Source: a virus | DNA length: 39,056 bases | Reading direction: 5' to 3' (one strand) | Virus record (IMG/VR): IMGVR_UViG_2585428088_000002 | Span: 64,395-103,450 of that record | Part shown: positions 35,570 to 39,056 of the stretch, piece after piece | How positions within the stretch are numbered: position 1 is the stretch's first letter | Layout: each line of letters starts with the position of its first letter | Translations under genes and position numbers: made by a program | Notes under the pieces: model-generated | Seen by the model: the letters and a program-made list of their open reading frames with translations, nothing else | What the model was told of the DNA's origin: nothing | Database searches by the model: none

Positions 35570-36833
35570 CTACTACACGAACTATATCGAAAAACATCCG
35601 GATTATAAATTTGCCGGCATTTATGCCGATGAGGGCATCAGCGGCACCACCACCAAAAAGCGCGAGCAGTTTAACAGGATGATTGAAGACTGCAAAGCTG
35701 GAAAAATCGATAGGATCATCACGAAATCCATCTCGCGGTTTGCCAGAAACACATTGGATACCTTGACCTATGTTCGGATGCTCAAAGAGTTAGGGATCGA
35801 AGTGTTTTTCGAGAAGGAAAATATAAGAACCCTTGACAGCAAGGGAGAGGTGCTTTTATCCATTTTAAGTTCACTTGCGCAAGACGAGTCGCGATCAATC
35901 TCGGAAAACTCGACCTGGGGCATCCGACGGCGTTTTGAGCAGGGCAAGCTGCATGTTAATCACACCAAGTTTTTGGGATATGACAAAGATAAAAACGGCA
36001 ACCTCGTTGTCAATGAAAAGCAGGCTAAAATCGTCAGACGCATTTACACAGAATTCCTTGACGGCAAAGGAGCCAACCGGATCGCGAGAGACTTGGAGTT
36101 GGGCGGCGTAGCAAACTGGAATGGCAAGGCCAAATGGTATGAAGGCAGCATCCGGAAAATGCTTACCAATGAGAAATATAAGGGCGACGCGCTGCTACAG
36201 AAAACCTACACTGTTGATTTCTTGAGCAAAAAACGGGCAGACAACAATGGCCAGGTGCCGCAGTATTATGTGGAAGATAGCCATCCAGCAATTATTGACA
36301 AAGAAATGTGGGAAGCGGTGCAGCTTGAGATGGAGCGCAGGCGGAATTTTGCTCTGCAGTATGGCATTCAGAAGCTTGAGTACGCGACAACGGACAATCC
36401 TTTTGCGGGTAGAGTCATCTGCGGCTCCTGCGGTCAGGTTTTTGGCAGGAAGGTTTGGAACTCAACTGATGACCGGTTCAGGCGGATTATCTGGCGCTGC
36501 AACGGCAAATATCCGGCGAAGGGCGAAAAGGGCTGTGAAAGCAGGCATATCGATGATGTGGTTTTATATCAGGCTTTCGTTGATGTATTTAATACGCTGG
36601 TCGAAAACAAAGAGTATTTTCTCGGTAAATGGAAAAAACTGCGGGGAAGTGACAATCCGCTTCAACGCTACAAAGCAAAACAGTTTTCCAAAATCATTGT
36701 TGAGGCAGGGCGGATCAGTAAATTTGATATTGACCTCTATTTTGCCCTGACGGAAAAAATAGAGGTATTTGGCGAGGGCAGATTGGGTGTCAGTTTGCTT
36801 GACGGTACAGAACTCGAATGCCTAATTGAATAG
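35421..36833 (+). CDS. Large serine recombinase 2
   Basis: AAYCRVST, DEGISG, TKSISRFARN, CGSC...WRC...C; GAGGAGG RBS. Confidence 0.95.
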   Translation: MAKNITVIPAKANRTSLAENLELQKKRVAAYCRVSTDQEEQLSSYEAQVNYYTNYIEKHPDYKFAGIYADEGISGTTTKKREQFNRMIEDCKAGKIDRIITKSISRFARNTLDTLTYVRMLKELGIEVFFEKENIRTLDSKGEVLLSILSSLAQDESRSISENSTWGIRRRFEQGKLHVNHTKFLGYDKDKNGNLVVNEKQAKIVRRIYTEFLDGKGANRIARDLELGGVANWNGKAKWYEGSIRKMLTNEKYKGDALLQKTYTVDFLSKKRADNNGQVPQYYVEDSHPAIIDKEMWEAVQLEMERRRNFALQYGIQKLEYATTDNPFAGRVICGSCGQVFGRKVWNSTDDRFRRIIWRCNGKYPAKGEKGCESRHIDDVVLYQAFVDVFNTLVENKEYFLGKWKKLRGSDNPLQRYKAKQFSKIIVEAGRISKFDIDLYFALTEKIEVFGEGRLGVSLLDGTELECLIE

Positions 36834-36839
36834 AAGCAA

Positions 36840-36886
36840 AAAAAGGCCAGTTGGGGTTAGATTTATCACCTTGACCGGCTTTTTTG
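36840..36886 (+). terminator. Bidirectional-type terminator after the recombinases
   Basis: A-run, GGCCAGTTGGGGT...ACCTTGACCGGCT, T-run. Confidence 0.6.
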
Positions 36887-36980
36887 TCATATTTAAACAG
36901 ATTTATGGAATATTTTGTAGATGATTATTTGTGTGAATTGTATAATGAAGTTAATATTGGAAATAGTCGGAGGTGAGAAA

Positions 36981-37307
36981 GTGGACAAGTACTCGGATGA
37001 TGAAATAAGGAGTTGCAAGAAAATCACATTACAAATCGCGGCGGGCTATTTGGGGATTTCTCCCTTAGCGGTGGGCCTTGGCATGAGAAATGATTTGTTG
37101 CCGATAGGTTTTGCCATTAAACATGAGGATCGATATTCTGAAAGCTGGGGCTATCATATTATTGATGAGCGGCTGATAGCATATAAGCATGGGAAAATAA
37201 CGAACATTCAGGTGCAAAACATTGAGAAAAACCTGGAAACGATTATTTCTAAGTTTGAGGAGATGAAAAAAGACCTGCTTTTTATATTAAGCGAAAGCGC
37301 GGAGTAG
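36981..37307 (+). CDS. Small putative DNA-binding protein
   Basis: GGAGGTG RBS and GTG start; TATAAT upstream; ITLQIAAGYLGIS HTH-like segment and C-terminal coiled coil. Confidence 0.65.
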   Translation: MDKYSDDEIRSCKKITLQIAAGYLGISPLAVGLGMRNDLLPIGFAIKHEDRYSESWGYHIIDERLIAYKHGKITNIQVQNIEKNLETIISKFEEMKKDLLFILSESAE

Positions 37308-37418
37308 GCGATATACGACTTTTTGAATACGCGTTTTCGCTTTCATGGGATAATGACTACGTGCATGGCGATTTGCAGCAGTACCTACACTCCATACTGG
37401 ACAAAAGGGGGAAGGATA

Positions 37419-39056
37419 TTGACTGAGGAGCAAGCTTCTAAAATAACCAGAGAGCAGCTTTATAATGAAATTTGGGAAATATCTGTAGCCGGCGTCGCGA
37501 AAAAGTATAACGCTAACTATAATGATCTGTTGAAATTGTGCAAAGAAGCAGATGTTCCGGTTCCTCCCTCGGGATACTGGGTGAAATTACAGTATGGAAA
37601 GCCAGTTGTGCAGCTGCCGCTCCCGGAATCCACTATCGCTGAAGTAACGCTTCCTGGCAACGACAAGCCGAAACGCATACGCAAGGCTGTTGCAGAAAAA
37701 AGTGTTGAAAAAGCTTTGAATCATGAAGACGCGCCGGAAAAAACGCCGGAAGATGACAGTGGCAACAACTCTGGCGATGAAACTGGGGATAATTTTGACG
37801 ATGCTGAAGACGATTATGTTTCTTATTGGGGTGTGAGCGGCAAGCACAATACCTATAAACGAGAAAAATTGTACAAAGAGGTTTGGGCCAACCCGGTTGT
37901 TAAAGTTGCTGCGCAATATGGAGTATCAGACGTTGCGATTCATAAAATTTGCAAAAAGCTAAATGTTCCTACCCCTCCGTTAGGATATTGGGCAAAAGTT
38001 AACGCCGGAGCGAAAGTGGCAAAAACTCCCCTGCCCAAAACTAATGGGCCTACGCAGATTACTGGGGCAAAAACTTTTGAGGGAGTCAAGGAAAAGATTG
38101 CTGATCCTGCAAAACAACCGCTCGAATTTCTATCAGATACCGAAAGGGAAAAGGTACTAAGCGCTGTCAAGGAAATCGAGATGCCTGCTGAAAATGCTCA
38201 ACTGCATAAAAAAATAGCTGCCTACAGGGCTGTGGTCAGAGAGTGGAACCAAAAAGACAGGAAATCTGAAGGGGCGCAAAGGAAAAGGGATTATAATTAC
38301 AGTCCTCCCTTTTTGGCCGGAGTGATTTCCAATGAGTCGCTTCCGCGCGTGTACCGGATACTTGACGCTTTATTTCGCCATGTTGAAAAGCTCGGCGGAT
38401 CGGTCAATGATGACCTTTCGCTTCGTGTCAGGAATGAACATGTCCGTATTGAAATTGCTGAGGGCCAGGATAAGGTCGAGCATGTAATTACAAAACAGGA
38501 AGCGCAAGCCCTTATTAAGTATAGAGATGAGAAACGTCGTAGCTCATGGGCATCAGAGCCGCAGATCCGCAAATATGACTATGTGTTCAACGGAAGGCTT
38601 AGAATAAACATTCGGGAGAGTCGATATTTCAGAGATACGGATAAAATTAATGTTGAATCTCGGCTTGGCGAAATGTTAATAGAGTTTTATGAGGAATCTG
38701 AAGCGGTTCGCCTTGACCGAGAAGCGAAAGAAGAGGAAGCTCGCAAAAAGGCAGAAGCTGAACGTCGGAAGGAAGAACGGCGGAAAAAATACAATGAGGA
38801 AGTTGAGCGAACAATAGCACTGGAAAACGCCGCACTCGACTATGCGACTGCGTGTAGAATCCGCGCTTATGTTAAGGCTGTTGAAACTTCCTGTGGCCAA
38901 GATGGATTGGATGAGGAAACGGCCGCATGGGTTGACTGGGCGACGAAAAAAGCCGATTGGTTTGATCCAACGGTGGCCAGAGATGACGAATTGTTTGGAG
39001 AACGCGAACACGAAAAAAGTTCTAGTGAGAAGGCGCTTAAAGAAATTTGGCGTTAG
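37419..39056 (+). CDS. Hypothetical protein with a duplicated HTH-like domain and C-terminal coiled coil
   Basis: TTG start after AAGGGGGAAGG; two copies of RE.LY.E.W......VA..Y..........CK...VP.PP.GYW. Confidence 0.8.
   Translation: MTEEQASKITREQLYNEIWEISVAGVAKKYNANYNDLLKLCKEADVPVPPSGYWVKLQYGKPVVQLPLPESTIAEVTLPGNDKPKRIRKAVAEKSVEKALNHEDAPEKTPEDDSGNNSGDETGDNFDDAEDDYVSYWGVSGKHNTYKREKLYKEVWANPVVKVAAQYGVSDVAIHKICKKLNVPTPPLGYWAKVNAGAKVAKTPLPKTNGPTQITGAKTFEGVKEKIADPAKQPLEFLSDTEREKVLSAVKEIEMPAENAQLHKKIAAYRAVVREWNQKDRKSEGAQRKRDYNYSPPFLAGVISNESLPRVYRILDALFRHVEKLGGSVNDDLSLRVRNEHVRIEIAEGQDKVEHVITKQEAQALIKYRDEKRRSSWASEPQIRKYDYVFNGRLRINIRESRYFRDTDKINVESRLGEMLIEFYEESEAVRLDREAKEEEARKKAEAERRKEERRKKYNEEVERTIALENAALDYATACRIRAYVKAVETSCGQDGLDEETAAWVDWATKKADWFDPTVARDDELFGEREHEKSSSEKALKEIWR

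Larger units (their letters stand above)
1..36890 (+). mobile_element. Prophage (siphovirus-like, HK97-fold head, dual serine recombinase); left end lies outside the window, right end approximate
   Basis: Co-oriented replication-packaging-head-tail-lysis-recombinase gene order; ends at a terminator after the second recombinase. Confidence 0.93.

Noticed and set aside
36834-36980. attR site
   Set aside because: The left end is outside the window and serine recombinase cores are too short to call without an empty allele
37300-37426. Protein-like frame (IRLFEYAFSLSWDNDYVHGDLQQYLHSILDK...) ending over the next start, as a possible truncated gene
   Set aside because: Short, no start or RBS, no recognisable family; cannot be distinguished from chance

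Overview
Right-hand ~37 kb of a temperate siphovirus-type prophage in a Firmicute. The host is probably a diderm Negativicute, which is an inference from the tail-tip and lysis genes. Gene order on the + strand: replication (family A DNA polymerase C-terminus, VirE-like primase/helicase, VRR-NUC, SNF2 helicase); late regulator; MazF/PemK-like RNase; AT-rich PD-(D/E)XK-like moron; HNH and cos region; ParB-MTase; terminases; a reverse-strand moron; HK97-type head; tail with a -1 frameshift chaperone pair; tape measure; GTA-like tail tip (DUF2460, three paralogous small genes, repeat-extended DUF2163, NlpC/P60, large tip protein, DUF2793); holin; Fic moron; amidase; spanin-like gene; SymE-like toxin locus with a structured antisense RNA; frameshifted MUG glycosylase; two overlapping large serine recombinases; then two probably non-phage genes. 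The most notable observations are a strand-specific four-way-junction antisense RNA far upstream of symE, a candidate single-chain spanin with a beta-signal C-terminus, a tail-tip triad paired with a 29-aa repeat array, and matched 54-bp sites flanking the fic gene. All product calls come from motif recognition by eye; no database searches were run.
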